DNA of 64,000 bases, taken from the NCBI GenBank assembly GCA_023249105.1, contig JAHFDG010000015.1, positions 1 through 64,000 on the forward strand, given 5' to 3'. Made by a program: the position numbers and the translations under genes. Numbering within the stretch: position 1 is the stretch's first letter; each line of letters starts with the position of its first letter. Below are positions 47,920-57,702 of the stretch, one piece after another. The notes under the pieces were generated by a model. It did not search any database and had not been told where the DNA came from. It saw only the letters and a list, made by a program, of their open reading frames with translations. This DNA is from Candidatus Methanoperedens sp. GTDB taxonomy: Archaea > Halobacteriota > Methanosarcinia > Methanosarcinales > Methanoperedenaceae.

Positions 47920-48486
47920 ATGTTCACCACCTCCCTCATAGACCTCTCCAAAACCCTTGGCAGAAAAAGCAGGTTTGAAATATTAAAAAAATTAGGCATA
48001 AAATCCTATCGAAACACAGAGCTATCCGAGGATTTAGACATCCGCAAAGAAAGAGTCTCAGAGGCGCTCGCTGACCTCGTGGCATCCCGCCTTGTTATAA
48101 TGTTCGAAAGGGAAGCCATCATAGGTGAAAAGCATACCATGTACGTTTCATCGCCTTTCGGAAGCGAGATTCTGAACATCAACGACAAGCTCGATACCAT
48201 CAAAGAAAAATTCCCTGAGAAGATAATGGATTTCGGTGATGGGATTGCGTATATCTTAAGATATTATTTGGAGACCGATGTTAAGGTTACTCACAACACA
48301 ATCATAACTCGAGGAGGTCGTAAAATCAATCTGGTCATAGAAAGAACGCCGTGCGAGAAAAAAAATTGCGAGATTACATGCGACCCTTTGATTAAAAGTA
48401 TAGTAAAACGATTCGGAGAGCTTGACCAGTTTGAAAGAACAACTCAGGACAAATGCTGCTTTAATATAAAATTCTGGCGCAAATAG
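47920..48486 (+). CDS. Putative winged-helix transcriptional regulator
   Basis: N-terminal LGRKSRFEILKKLGIKSYRNTELSEDLDIRKERVSEALADLVASRLV is ArsR/wHTH-like. Confidence 0.4.
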   Translation: MFTTSLIDLSKTLGRKSRFEILKKLGIKSYRNTELSEDLDIRKERVSEALADLVASRLVIMFEREAIIGEKHTMYVSSPFGSEILNINDKLDTIKEKFPEKIMDFGDGIAYILRYYLETDVKVTHNTIITRGGRKINLVIERTPCEKKNCEITCDPLIKSIVKRFGELDQFERTTQDKCCFNIKFWRK

Positions 48487-48897
48487 TCATTCATAATTTT
48501 TTTTCTTCGGTTTGAGACTATCCAATATCCGCCCTATGTGCGTGAGTTCCCTGTCGAGCCACTCATCCTCGCCTTCATCTTCTTTATCACCCAGCATCAG
48601 GGAAACATTCTTAAAAAAAGCAGTTGGAATGTTCTTACTTATAAGCTCCATTGCAGTGATTTCTATCATTTTTAATACTTCATCGTGGGTCAAAAAGCCA
48701 TTCTTTTCAAATTCGATCAATATATTACCCGTATTTTCAAGTTCTGAAAGAATGCTCAATTTTTTATAGGCGTAGTTGCTCTTTTCAAGATATGGAAATT
48801 CTGAATTAAGCTTATTATCAAAAAATCTGCTTGAGATTAATTTTACTTTTTCTTGCCCGATGATATTTTCCCAGTCACTCAGCATCTCTGTATTCAT
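48487..48897 (-). CDS. Hypothetical protein, last gene of ESCRT-III/Vps4 operon
   Basis: 136-aa ORF, acidic C-terminus. Confidence 0.4.
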   Translation of the reverse strand: MNTEMLSDWENIIGQEKVKLISSRFFDNKLNSEFPYLEKSNYAYKKLSILSELENTGNILIEFEKNGFLTHDEVLKMIEITAMELISKNIPTAFFKNVSLMLGDKEDEGEDEWLDRELTHIGRILDSLKPKKKNYE

Positions 48898-48965
48898 ATA
48901 GCCGGACTACGATACATATGGTAATAAAAATTGTTACTGAGAAAATGTATGATATTTTATTGAAC

Positions 48966-50042
48966 TCATTTGTTGAAAGAATACTCTTCAAACCGCTTCA
49001 GATCTTTTTCATTTATTGAAGGCTTCACACTTTCAAGCGCTTTCATCAAATCTGCCATCCCTATATCCCGTTCAATACCTGTCAGGATAGATTCTTTAAA
49101 TGGGATTACTGACGCTTTTATACATACTTCCTTAATGTCCGCGCCGCTGTAGCCTCCAGTCGCCTGCGCTAAAGCATCAAGATCAATATCCTTTGAAAGC
49201 GGTTTATCCTTCAGGTACAATTCAAACAATTTTTTCCTTGAAGCAAGGTCAGGCGGCGGTATGTATATTTTTTCACCAAACCTTCCAGGTCTCAGGATCG
49301 CAGCATCCAGTGACCAAGGCTCATTCGTAGCGCCGATGAACAATAGGTTGCTGTTATCTGAATTCATGCCGTCCATCTCGGCAAGAATCTGGGGAACCAG
49401 ACGCACCATAACAGTTGAACCTGTGTTCCTCCTTTTTGGTACCAGAGCCTCGACCTCATCAATAAAAATAACAGATTTCGAATGGCTTCTTGCCATTCTG
49501 AATAGTTCAGCGACATTTTGCTCTGCCTCGCCGACCCATTTACTCATAATATCCGAAGGCTTGATGCTAAAGAAAAAAGCATTGACTTCGCCAGCTATTG
49601 CTTTTGCAATATAGGTTTTACCTGTCCCGGGGGGACCGTATAATAGAATTCCTCCACCCGAACCTATTCCGTATTTCTTCGCCCCCTCAGGATGTTCAAA
49701 TGGATAAATTATCTTAATACGGATCTCTTCCTTAACATCCTCCAGCCCTGCAACATCATTAAAAGCCACATCGGGTTTCTTGTTTATCAGCCATTTTCCT
49801 TCCTTACTGGAAAGTTCTGCTGCGCCCCCTATTTTTTCTCGTGTTTCAAGTTCTTTTACTCTTTTCAATATTTTTTCTGCATTTGCCAAACGGATTTCTT
49901 TCATCTTTCCTTTGGATTGTTCCGCCGCCTTGAACAAACATTCTGAAGATAATATATACGAACTCTTTGCGGCGCTGAAATTTTGCTGCCGCTCAGATGC
50001 CATTGCCTCCTCCAGGTATTTATTAGCTTTTTCAAGCAACAA
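48966..50042 (-). CDS. Vps4/CdvC-like AAA+ ATPase with N-terminal MIT-like domain
   Basis: MIT-like helices MLLEKANKYLEEAMASERQQNFSAAKSSY. Walker A LLYGPPGTGKT, Walker B VIFIDEVE, SRH ATNEPWSLDAAILRPGRF. Confidence 0.85.
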   Translation of the reverse strand: MLLEKANKYLEEAMASERQQNFSAAKSSYILSSECLFKAAEQSKGKMKEIRLANAEKILKRVKELETREKIGGAAELSSKEGKWLINKKPDVAFNDVAGLEDVKEEIRIKIIYPFEHPEGAKKYGIGSGGGILLYGPPGTGKTYIAKAIAGEVNAFFFSIKPSDIMSKWVGEAEQNVAELFRMARSHSKSVIFIDEVEALVPKRRNTGSTVMVRLVPQILAEMDGMNSDNSNLLFIGATNEPWSLDAAILRPGRFGEKIYIPPPDLASRKKLFELYLKDKPLSKDIDLDALAQATGGYSGADIKEVCIKASVIPFKESILTGIERDIGMADLMKALESVKPSINEKDLKRFEEYSFNK

Positions 50043-50056
50043 ATCTACTGTAATAA

Positions 50057-50692
50057 TTAACTCCCTTTCTTCATAGCCTCTTCAACTTGTTTTAATCCAT
50101 TTTCAATTTTTAAGTCCATTTTTGATTCCCCTGCTGCCGCTTCTCCTTCCATTGTTTTGATTATATTATTAAGATTCATATCGAGTTCAGAAGAGTTAAG
50201 CACTTTTTCACTTGTCATGTCCAGGGATGTAGAGAGAGCCAGATCCACCTGCTCAGCCTTCATCATAGCTTTATCAAGTTCTACTTGCATTCCTGCAAGA
50301 TCTTTAACATCAATGCCTTCAATAATAGAACTGCTCATATCTTTTGCAAAAGCTACAAATTCACTTGACATATGCACGGCTTCACGCTGGATTTTGATTC
50401 CTTCCATATGCAGTAAGAGTTTTTTTCCCTTCCTTATTTTATCGTTCATCGTGAAATATCCAGCCGCAAATCTTTTCAGCATTTCTTCATCTCCAATTTT
50501 TGCGGCTTCTACTCCCTGATCCCAATATTTTTTCTTAATGTTGTCACAGTTATCAATATAGTTGTTGACAACAGATTTTGCTTTCCTATAAGAGATTTCT
50601 CGTTCAATCTCTACTTCTTGTTTAGATTTTTTGTGAAAGAGTCCCATGGACTTATTGTTTAATCGATAAGGTTTATAAAAGTTTGGAATCAC
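50057..50692 (-). CDS. ESCRT-III / Snf7-like protein
   Basis: 211 aa. Core LLHMEGIKIQREAVHMSSEFVAFAKDMSSSIIEGIDVKDLAGMQVELDKAMMKAEQVD fits the Snf7 pattern. Directly upstream of Vps4-like. Confidence 0.55.
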   Translation of the reverse strand: MIPNFYKPYRLNNKSMGLFHKKSKQEVEIEREISYRKAKSVVNNYIDNCDNIKKKYWDQGVEAAKIGDEEMLKRFAAGYFTMNDKIRKGKKLLLHMEGIKIQREAVHMSSEFVAFAKDMSSSIIEGIDVKDLAGMQVELDKAMMKAEQVDLALSTSLDMTSEKVLNSSELDMNLNNIIKTMEGEAAAGESKMDLKIENGLKQVEEAMKKGS

Positions 50693-51635
50693 TTTCTATC
50701 TTCTATCTATAATGATTGCTTATTCCACAATTCTCTTCATAGCTAACTTCTGTAAAGCCTTAAAGGTTGCCTCTTTTTAAGTATCAATGAGCATCTGAAC
50801 CAGACATTCAAATTCCATGGCTCTTTATTTCAAAGGTTTGCGTCTCTTGTTTTTAAATCAAGCCCGCCATTTGCAAGCAGTTTTTCCCTCAGCTTCGCAT
50901 GCATCTCAGAATCTAATAGCATAACCTCATATGCTCCCATAAACTATATTCGAGTAACGCCCTTCACTTTCCTTCATATCATCGGAAGGGAAGAATGCCA
51001 TATTCAGACCAAACATCACAGAGTACATCAACAACACCCGGATTTCAACCAGAACAAGTAAACAAACCAGAAACCGTTTCAGAGACGCCACCTATAACAA
51101 GTTCTGAGAACGCACCGCTTACTCAATCCACTTCACCAATAGAGCAGCCAGGTGAAACAGGTCAAGCCCCCTCTCTGCCTCGATAAGCTTTCCCTCAACA
51201 AAATAAATATTGGCATGCAACGTCATTATTTCGACATCATTAGGGCTTATTTCTAAAAGTTTAGTCAAATGGGGTCAAGGGGTAGAGAACCCTCAGCCCT
51301 TGGAGGGCTGAGATGAATCGTACCCCTTGGAAGAACGACGAAACGTTCCAGGAAACTGATTGTAGAAGCTTCAAACAAGAGTCGCATAACTTGCATCAAA
51401 CAGGTATAATTCTTACTAACCCCAAACCACAACGAACGCTCAGGGCTTTAGCCCTGAGTAGTTTACTAAAGACATCTTTAGCCGCTTCATACTTATGTTC
51501 AATAACTAATTTTGAAGCGAACCCAATTCCTCCACTTCTTATTTCTTCAACATTGGGTGTCGAGGACTTGCGCGACATAGCTCCTTTGAATAATTTTAAC
51601 CGATATAATTCTTACTGCCATTCACCGTAAGTGGA

Positions 51636-52040
51636 TTACTTCTTTTTGCCCTTCATAAAGAACTGCAATAAATCTTTGCTCAATCCAGTTTCTCTTTCCA
51701 TTTTATCTATAATCTCAGCCTCCGACAAGCCCTCTGATTTGAGTTTATTAATCTTATCGAACACCTCTTGTTCTATCTCATAATATTCACTAATATCTGT
51801 TCTGTGTCCCCATATATCTCCTTCAAGCAGAGCGATGCCCTGCATTTCTAAGAACATTTTTATGGAATTTGAAATTGTCTTGAGATAAGAACCTGGTATG
51901 TGTATGGCTTTTACTTCAGGACATTTTTGTACCATAGAGAAAATGTCTTTGTCTGATGGTCTGAAGGTAAAATGGATTATCTTTTCAGCTTTGCTGAGCG
52001 AATCTATTTCGCTCTTTGAACTTACTATTTTTATTCTCAT
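51636..52040 (-). CDS. Hypothetical protein
   Basis: 134-aa ORF adjacent to the phosphoesterase gene. Confidence 0.4.
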   Translation of the reverse strand: MRIKIVSSKSEIDSLSKAEKIIHFTFRPSDKDIFSMVQKCPEVKAIHIPGSYLKTISNSIKMFLEMQGIALLEGDIWGHRTDISEYYEIEQEVFDKINKLKSEGLSEAEIIDKMERETGLSKDLLQFFMKGKKK

Positions 52041-52067
52041 AGTTTACCCTTCTTTCAAAAATATTTC

Positions 52068-52853
52068 TTAGTATAAAAATATATCCCAATTTGGTTCTGT
52101 TGCGTTAACTTTTAATGTTTCTGTCGTCTCTATGTATGTAAATATCCCATTCTCAAGTATTCCTATATGTTTGTTTTTTGTATCTAAACAATAGTTCTTA
52201 CTGTTATCTGTGATTTTCTCTTCTGGATATCTTAGCTCTGTATGACCAACTATCTGATTTAAATCGGGTACTGGTTCAAATTCATCGTGCCAATCCAGCC
52301 ACGTTATTCCTCCAACGATTTGCATTCCTCCCCTGGCAAATCCAGCATCTAACCAAAGATTTGTGTTCTTAGTTTCAACATCTTTTAACGCATTTTCAGT
52401 TGCGGGTTTTATAATTTGATTGATCACTTCTTGTGTATTCAAATTATTTTTAAGAGCGTACTTCTCAATAAGATATGAGTGCACCCCAGCATGTGTAAAT
52501 AAGAAATTTTGTTCATAATGATATAGTTTTAATAAATTCCAATCTTTTGTAGTAAGAATATGGTTTATTGCATCTGATTTTTTCTTTGTATTTCCGCTTG
52601 CCTGGAGAAATGGATTGTCTGGAAATCTATACCACATATCATGAGTCCCATATAGATGGATTCTTTTTGGTTTGGATAGAGATTGTTTAAGCCATTTTGC
52701 AGAATTCAAGACATCTTTAGGGGTGTCGTTAAAATCATCAAAATAATCTCCAAGGAATATAACATTGTCATATGGTTTCAGCAGTAGAGATGATAGAGCA
52801 TGTTCCACCCAATCAACTCTATTGTGGAGGTCTGAAATAATTATAGTTTTCAT
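52068..52853 (-). CDS. Calcineurin-like metallophosphoesterase
   Basis: IIISDLHN, FLGDYFD, GTHD, FTHAGV are the MPP motifs D-x-H, GD, GNH-like, H. Confidence 0.7.
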   Translation of the reverse strand: MKTIIISDLHNRVDWVEHALSSLLLKPYDNVIFLGDYFDDFNDTPKDVLNSAKWLKQSLSKPKRIHLYGTHDMWYRFPDNPFLQASGNTKKKSDAINHILTTKDWNLLKLYHYEQNFLFTHAGVHSYLIEKYALKNNLNTQEVINQIIKPATENALKDVETKNTNLWLDAGFARGGMQIVGGITWLDWHDEFEPVPDLNQIVGHTELRYPEEKITDNSKNYCLDTKNKHIGILENGIFTYIETTETLKVNATEPNWDIFLY

Positions 52854-53416
52854 ATTTGATTGTTTATGGGTTCTGTTAAGTCTTTATCTTGACAGGCTGT
52901 CAAAATCAGTGATAAAATTAAAGGGTTTTTTGTTTCGTTTTCGTATCGTTTTTCTGGACTTTTACCCTTTCTACTTTTTTGAAGGTTAGGTCTCCCCCAT
53001 GATTTGACTTCATAGCACCATTCTTGAAGGAGCCTATAACAACCAATTTCTCTTTCCATACCTTGGTCAAACTTGTTTCTGAACTCATTGCACATAAAGG
53101 ATGATGTATGACATATAAATGACATAGATATCTTTCGATTTTTTGTCGCGTAAAAATTCCACCGACCATTTTAAATTTACTTTTTCTTCATTAACTCCCG
53201 TCATGCAACACCTCATTTAAAAATCGCTTAACTCCCGACAACGCAACACAACCGTTCATCCAATAGAATCGGTGCTTCTACAATTTTTATTTACCTTTTT
53301 TATTACATTACTGTCTAAATATAAGATATTTTATAAATATCAGATTAATGATAATGGTGCTTGTAAGGTCAATTTGTGTTATATTCAACCTCAGGGAAGG
53401 ATCGCAGGTATGAGGT

Positions 53417-54004
53417 TTAATCTATCTCCTTAAACTTATATTCCATTGGTTGATAACCTTCAATCAACAGCCGCAAAGTTACGTTGGTACTGTTGACAAA
53501 ATGTATTTTTTCATTTGCAAAGCTATAGCTACTGCCCGCTCTTTCGAATATAAATGATTTTTCTTCAAGAATTTGCTCGCCGCTCAATATCTGTGCGTCT
53601 ATTGAAATAGGAATATCTCTCTGGTTAAGGATTTCGACTCGCAAATCTCTAAGCTCATATTTTTCTTTTTCCCAAAATGCTGGCTTTTTCATTCGTGCCG
53701 ATACGAAGAGAGTGTTTGGTGGTAGCTCTTTTGGTGCTGTCACTAATGGTGTAGATGATGGAACCGTTACATGATATTCTACGATTATAGTACCATTTAG
53801 ATTTTTATTTTCAAGAGAGAAGCTATAAGATCCAGATTTCTTGAATATATATCGATATTGCTGGTGATATGCCAATAATCGAGCATCAAAAAGCCCATCG
53901 TTACTGATAAGGGTAATCGTATCGGCATAATAATTATCCCACACAATTTCATCTCCCGCATTGATTGTTACAATATTCGGAACAAAACCTCTGTTGCTAT
54001 CCAA
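53417..54004 (-). CDS. Putative secreted lipoprotein (beta-sandwich); true N-terminus probably extends upstream to ~54190
   Basis: The track ORF starts at TTG. The same frame upstream encodes IILITVIGLAVLFSGCIGQQGGAPTPTLTPTPTVTATP (signal + lipobox-like Cys + PT linker). It contains no ATG/GTG/TTG before an in-frame TGA. Confidence 0.45.
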   Translation of the reverse strand: MDSNRGFVPNIVTINAGDEIVWDNYYADTITLISNDGLFDARLLAYHQQYRYIFKKSGSYSFSLENKNLNGTIIVEYHVTVPSSTPLVTAPKELPPNTLFVSARMKKPAFWEKEKYELRDLRVEILNQRDIPISIDAQILSGEQILEEKSFIFERAGSSYSFANEKIHFVNSTNVTLRLLIEGYQPMEYKFKEID

Positions 54005-54791
54005 TTTTACAAGCGTCTGGTTACCTGTTGGTGTAGCCTCAGGAAAGGGGGTTACCGTTACAAGTGGTGTGGCTGTTACTGTTGGTGTTGGGGTTAGCGT
54101 TGGAGTTGGTGCACCTCCCTGTTGTCCTATACATCCCGAAAAGAGAACTGCAAGCCCAATGACAGTTATAAGAATAATAGATTTAAATTGTACCGTATCA
54201 ACACCAGAGGTTCAATCACTTGATTTAAGATAAAGTTGTCGATTGTATGCTCAATACAGCTTTGGGTCAAGTAGTGGTAATTGTTAGGCGTTATATCCAA
54301 TTCCGTTCAACTTAAAGTAAAATAACCGTTACTTTTACCTATTCCACCCTACTATGAACCGCAAGGACTGTGAGAATACCACCTTATCCACTATTAGTTT
54401 TTTTTTCAGTCCTTGCACCCATGCGGTTGAAGTGCAGCATCTACAGAACATGCTCTTTTAACTCTAGACACGGGCGCGCAGGTCAGAATATCGATAATCA
54501 CATGCGGGAATCTCCGTAGCTATTCTACTGCCGTGTTTTATGAATCCAGTCCCACCTTGGTTTTACATGCCAAAAACGCTAACAAGCCCTGTCCCTTTCA
54601 AGTACAGGTCTAGAGTACTGAAAACATTAGGCGTCTTTCATGCTCGTATTGGATATAAGAAGTTAGAGCAAATTCATCTAAACCCAAAAGTCAGGCGCAG
54701 ATGATGAACTGTTAAAGTTGCGACCGGGATGGCGAAATGAATCGAAAATTATTTAAATTCAACAGTGTTCTACCTTTGATGGTGGTAAAAA

Positions 54792-55343
54792 ATGATTAAT
54801 AAATTAAGACTGTTTATATTATTGGGATTATTGACGATTGGAGTTGTTTTTATAAGTGGCTGCGTACAAGAAAAAGCTGCAACATCAACACCAACAGGGG
54901 TGGCAACTCGGTTACCAACCGTAATCTATACTACTATCGAGGATACCGACCCGTCTTTTATATTTTCAAATAAATGCGAAATTCAAAAAAATCCTGGAGC
55001 AAGTGGTGGCTCATGGCTCGCTTGTCCTCAAGCAGGTCAACCTCCAGCTCCTGGTGAAAAAATAAATGTTACGTTCACAGGAACGGCAGTTTCAGTAATA
55101 CACCTGACAGGTCCAAACGGGGGAATTGCAAAAGTGCAAATTGATGGAAAGGCGTACCCTGAAATCGATATGTATTCCAAAGATATTGCAATCAAAGTTA
55201 AAACAGAAATCGCAAGCGGTTTACAAAACGCCAATCATACATTGACCTTTGAAATTGCCAACATGCGTAACCCATCTTCAGGGCGACCAAATGAAGCTGG
55301 AGTAATATCCATCGATGCTATTGAAATAACCACGCTGCAATAA
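54792..55343 (+). CDS. Secreted lipoprotein-like protein
   Basis: LFILLGLLTIGVVFISGC signal/lipobox-like, then a T/P-rich linker. Confidence 0.5.
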   Translation: MINKLRLFILLGLLTIGVVFISGCVQEKAATSTPTGVATRLPTVIYTTIEDTDPSFIFSNKCEIQKNPGASGGSWLACPQAGQPPAPGEKINVTFTGTAVSVIHLTGPNGGIAKVQIDGKAYPEIDMYSKDIAIKVKTEIASGLQNANHTLTFEIANMRNPSSGRPNEAGVISIDAIEITTLQ

Positions 55344-55360
55344 AGGAAAAGTAGCTAAAG

Positions 55361-55400
55361 AGTTCACTGGAGAGATTCCGTGAACTTCACTCTTTTTTTT
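55361..55400 (+). terminator. Hairpin AGTTCAC...GTGAACT followed by T8; terminator-like
   Basis: Inverted repeat 55361-55367/55380-55386, then TTTTTTTT 55392-55400. Confidence 0.4.
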
Positions 55401-55506
55401 CTAAGACAATGCTATGCGTTTTTTCATGGTCTTGATATGCTACATAGGCGAGCATTAGGATATTCGGCAACCTTTACCATCCCCTTTTTAAATTGATACA
55501 TGCGGC

Positions 55507-55518
55507 ACGGCGCGCCGT
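55507..55518. repeat. 12-bp GC palindrome ACGGCGCGCCGT (copy 1)
   Basis: Perfect palindrome in an AT-rich context. An identical copy is at 56882-56893. Confidence 0.6.
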
Positions 55519-55699
55519 CCGTTGACGGTGGGAGCAGTCTGGCTGGTTTTTAAGAAATATAGGGTCCCACTGCCATGTTTCCATGAGCTTCACATACAGG
55601 CAAAAGGTTTCTGCCGCCTCTTATAGAATCCGCAAAGAAAATTTTCATCCGAATTCCTTAAATAATGCCTGATTATATATGAATTATAGGAGGTGAGTT

Positions 55700-55963
55700 A
55701 TGCTGTGTATACTATGGTTTAAGTGGCAGCCTGAGAACACTTCACGGCTTCTTGAACTCTGGAAAGAATTCAAATATCCCGAAGAAGTGAAGCTGATAGG
55801 CAGGTATCTCCTCATTGGAAGGCACATCTCTGTGGCTATATTCGATGCCCCCAACGAGGAAGCTATCCTGAAAATAACATACCCGTTCAGGGAATTGGGA
55901 GTTCCCCATATAGCGCCCGCGCTGCCGCTTGAAGAAGCGCTGGAAATGATGGAAAAGATGTAG
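55700..55963 (+). CDS. Small hypothetical protein
   Basis: 87-aa ORF coupled (3-bp gap) to the PRTase gene. Confidence 0.4.
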   Translation: MLCILWFKWQPENTSRLLELWKEFKYPEEVKLIGRYLLIGRHISVAIFDAPNEEAILKITYPFRELGVPHIAPALPLEEALEMMEKM

Positions 55964-55965
55964 CA

Positions 55966-56643
55966 ATGGGCAGGTTAATTGAAGAAATTTCATTGAGAAA
56001 TAAACTCCATGTCTTTAAGGACAGAACCGAAGCAGGCGGCCTCATTGCTGGAAAACTAATACAGTACAGGGATTCTGGCGGCATAGTGCTGGGAATCCCT
56101 TCCGGCGGTGTGCCCGTGGCTCGTGAGATAGCGGTTACGCTTCATCTTCCCTTGGATTTAATGATAGTGAGAAAGCTCCAGATACCTTACAATCCCGAAG
56201 CAGGCTTTGGCGCAATGGGGCTGGATGGAGAAATTATCTTAAATGAAGGACTGCTCGCCCAACTTGGTCTTACCGAAGATGAGATAAGGGATCAGGCTGA
56301 AAAGACGAAAGAGGTAATCAAAAGGCGAGATCAGGTCTTCAGGGGAGGAAGACCCTTTCAAGTCTTGAAAGACAGGATTGTGATTCTTGTAGACGACGGT
56401 CTTGCATCGGGCTATACGATGCTTGCTGCTGTCAGGTTTGTAAAAAGAAACAAGCCAAGGAAAATTATTGTTGCTGTTCCAACAGCCTCAAAAAGAACTG
56501 TGGAGCTTGTTCTTCTTGAAGTGGATGAACTTGTATGCTTGAATGTGAGGCACGGGATTTCTTTTGCAGTGGCGGATGCGTACAGGAACTGGTATGACCT
56601 TTCGGACAAGGAGGTTCTTTCTATCATCGGGAAGATTTGTTAG
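55966..56643 (+). CDS. Phosphoribosyltransferase-family protein
   Basis: PRPP-binding motif RIVILVDDGLASGYTM (type I PRTase). Confidence 0.7.
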   Translation: MGRLIEEISLRNKLHVFKDRTEAGGLIAGKLIQYRDSGGIVLGIPSGGVPVAREIAVTLHLPLDLMIVRKLQIPYNPEAGFGAMGLDGEIILNEGLLAQLGLTEDEIRDQAEKTKEVIKRRDQVFRGGRPFQVLKDRIVILVDDGLASGYTMLAAVRFVKRNKPRKIIVAVPTASKRTVELVLLEVDELVCLNVRHGISFAVADAYRNWYDLSDKEVLSIIGKIC

Positions 56644-56881
56644 TCCCCGGGTCAAAGTACCCATGGTGCCGTGCTACCAGCACGATGGCGACTATGATAC
56701 CACCATCTTTCAAAGCACGGGCGCGATCTGCTGGAGGTCAAGTTCATACTGGAGGAAGAGCGCCAGGGGAAGAGGTCACTGCTTCGAAGGATAGCCGGGT
56801 TCTTCGGGCTGTGTTAATTTTTTTGCCACTGGATTACCAATCATTCTGTTTGTCCGTCATTCACTCAATCTCATTCATGGA

Positions 56882-56893
56882 ACGGCGCGCCGT
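56882..56893. repeat. 12-bp GC palindrome ACGGCGCGCCGT (copy 2)
   Basis: Identical to 55507-55518. Both are embedded in catgNNACGGCGCGCCGTCyG. Confidence 0.6.
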
Positions 56894-57092
56894 CTGCGGG
56901 CGGGGGGCTGTTTTTCTTCAGCTTAAATAAAATTGTCAGGGGTGAATTATCAGGAGGTTATGATATTACTTTATTATTCATAACTGGATTATTGGACTGT
57001 GCCCAAGATATATATAAATTATATTCATCTTTCGATAAACTTCTTTTTGTAGAGAAAGAAAAGAGGTAATTGAATACTTCTTTCACCTTTTT

Positions 57093-57617
57093 TTAAACAG
57101 AAATAAATTGCTCAGACAGTATATTTTTTATTTTCAAACGCACCCCTACAATCCTTCCTATCATTATTCCTGCAAGAATACTATAAATGAAGGCAGTGAG
57201 GACATAACCATGTATCCAATGTCCAAAAAGCCATGTTCTTGATACGGAAAAAACCACATATAATAGCATTATAATAATGCCAATCTTATCAAAACGAGAA
57301 ACAACTTTTGCCCTTTCTTCATGCCAGTGAATAATAAACATGCGAGTGGCAATGAACCCAAGGAATAATCCTAAGAGAAATCCGCCTAGAGATAGCTCGA
57401 TTCCTATAATACCTTCCAAGACATCATACAGCATAAGCCCAGTCAGGATGATACCTATCACATAAAACATCCTTATCCTGAAAATAAGCTTTCGGTCTAT
57501 GTGTTTCTTCGCTGGATGTTCTTTAATATTCAGAAAATTTAAAGTTTTTTTGAAGAAGTTTTTGTTTTGTAACATAATTTGATGAATTTTCCTACTATCA
57601 TTGAGTTCTATCCTCAT
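57093..57617 (-). CDS. Integral membrane protein
   Basis: 174 aa with 4 predicted TM helices. Confidence 0.45.
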   Translation of the reverse strand: MRIELNDSRKIHQIMLQNKNFFKKTLNFLNIKEHPAKKHIDRKLIFRIRMFYVIGIILTGLMLYDVLEGIIGIELSLGGFLLGLFLGFIATRMFIIHWHEERAKVVSRFDKIGIIIMLLYVVFSVSRTWLFGHWIHGYVLTAFIYSILAGIMIGRIVGVRLKIKNILSEQFISV

Positions 57618-57702
57618 TATTGTTTTTGGCTTATAAAAACAGGGGTGTAAATAGCGGTCTAATTTTGCACCCAGTTCGGCAATATTGATACAGGCTCATA
57701 CC

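Noticed and set aside
50995-51186. 63-aa ORF with T/S/P/Q-rich low-complexity product
   Set aside because: No start context or motif. Likely non-coding.
51270-51332. tRNA-like fragment (GGTAGAG D-loop-like, anticodon-loop-like CTTGGAG)
   Set aside because: No T-arm (GTTCRAATC) and no convincing acceptor stem. Length between the putative acceptor halves is only ~60 nt. At most a remnant.
52850-53169. Two overlapping small minus-strand ORFs (91 and 83 aa) upstream of the phosphoesterase gene
   Set aside because: Mutually exclusive frames and no recognisable features. Cannot decide which, if either, is real.
53190-53255. Imperfect direct repeat TTAACTCCCG(T/A)CA..GCAACAC x2
   Set aside because: Only two short imperfect copies in an intergenic AT-rich region. 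Insufficient to call a regulatory element.
56564-56930. Two overlapping small ORFs (76 and 97 aa) in the GC-rich stretch downstream of the PRTase gene
   Set aside because: Arg/Gly/Ala-rich translation typical of GC-rich non-coding DNA, with no start context. Treated as non-coding part of the islet.
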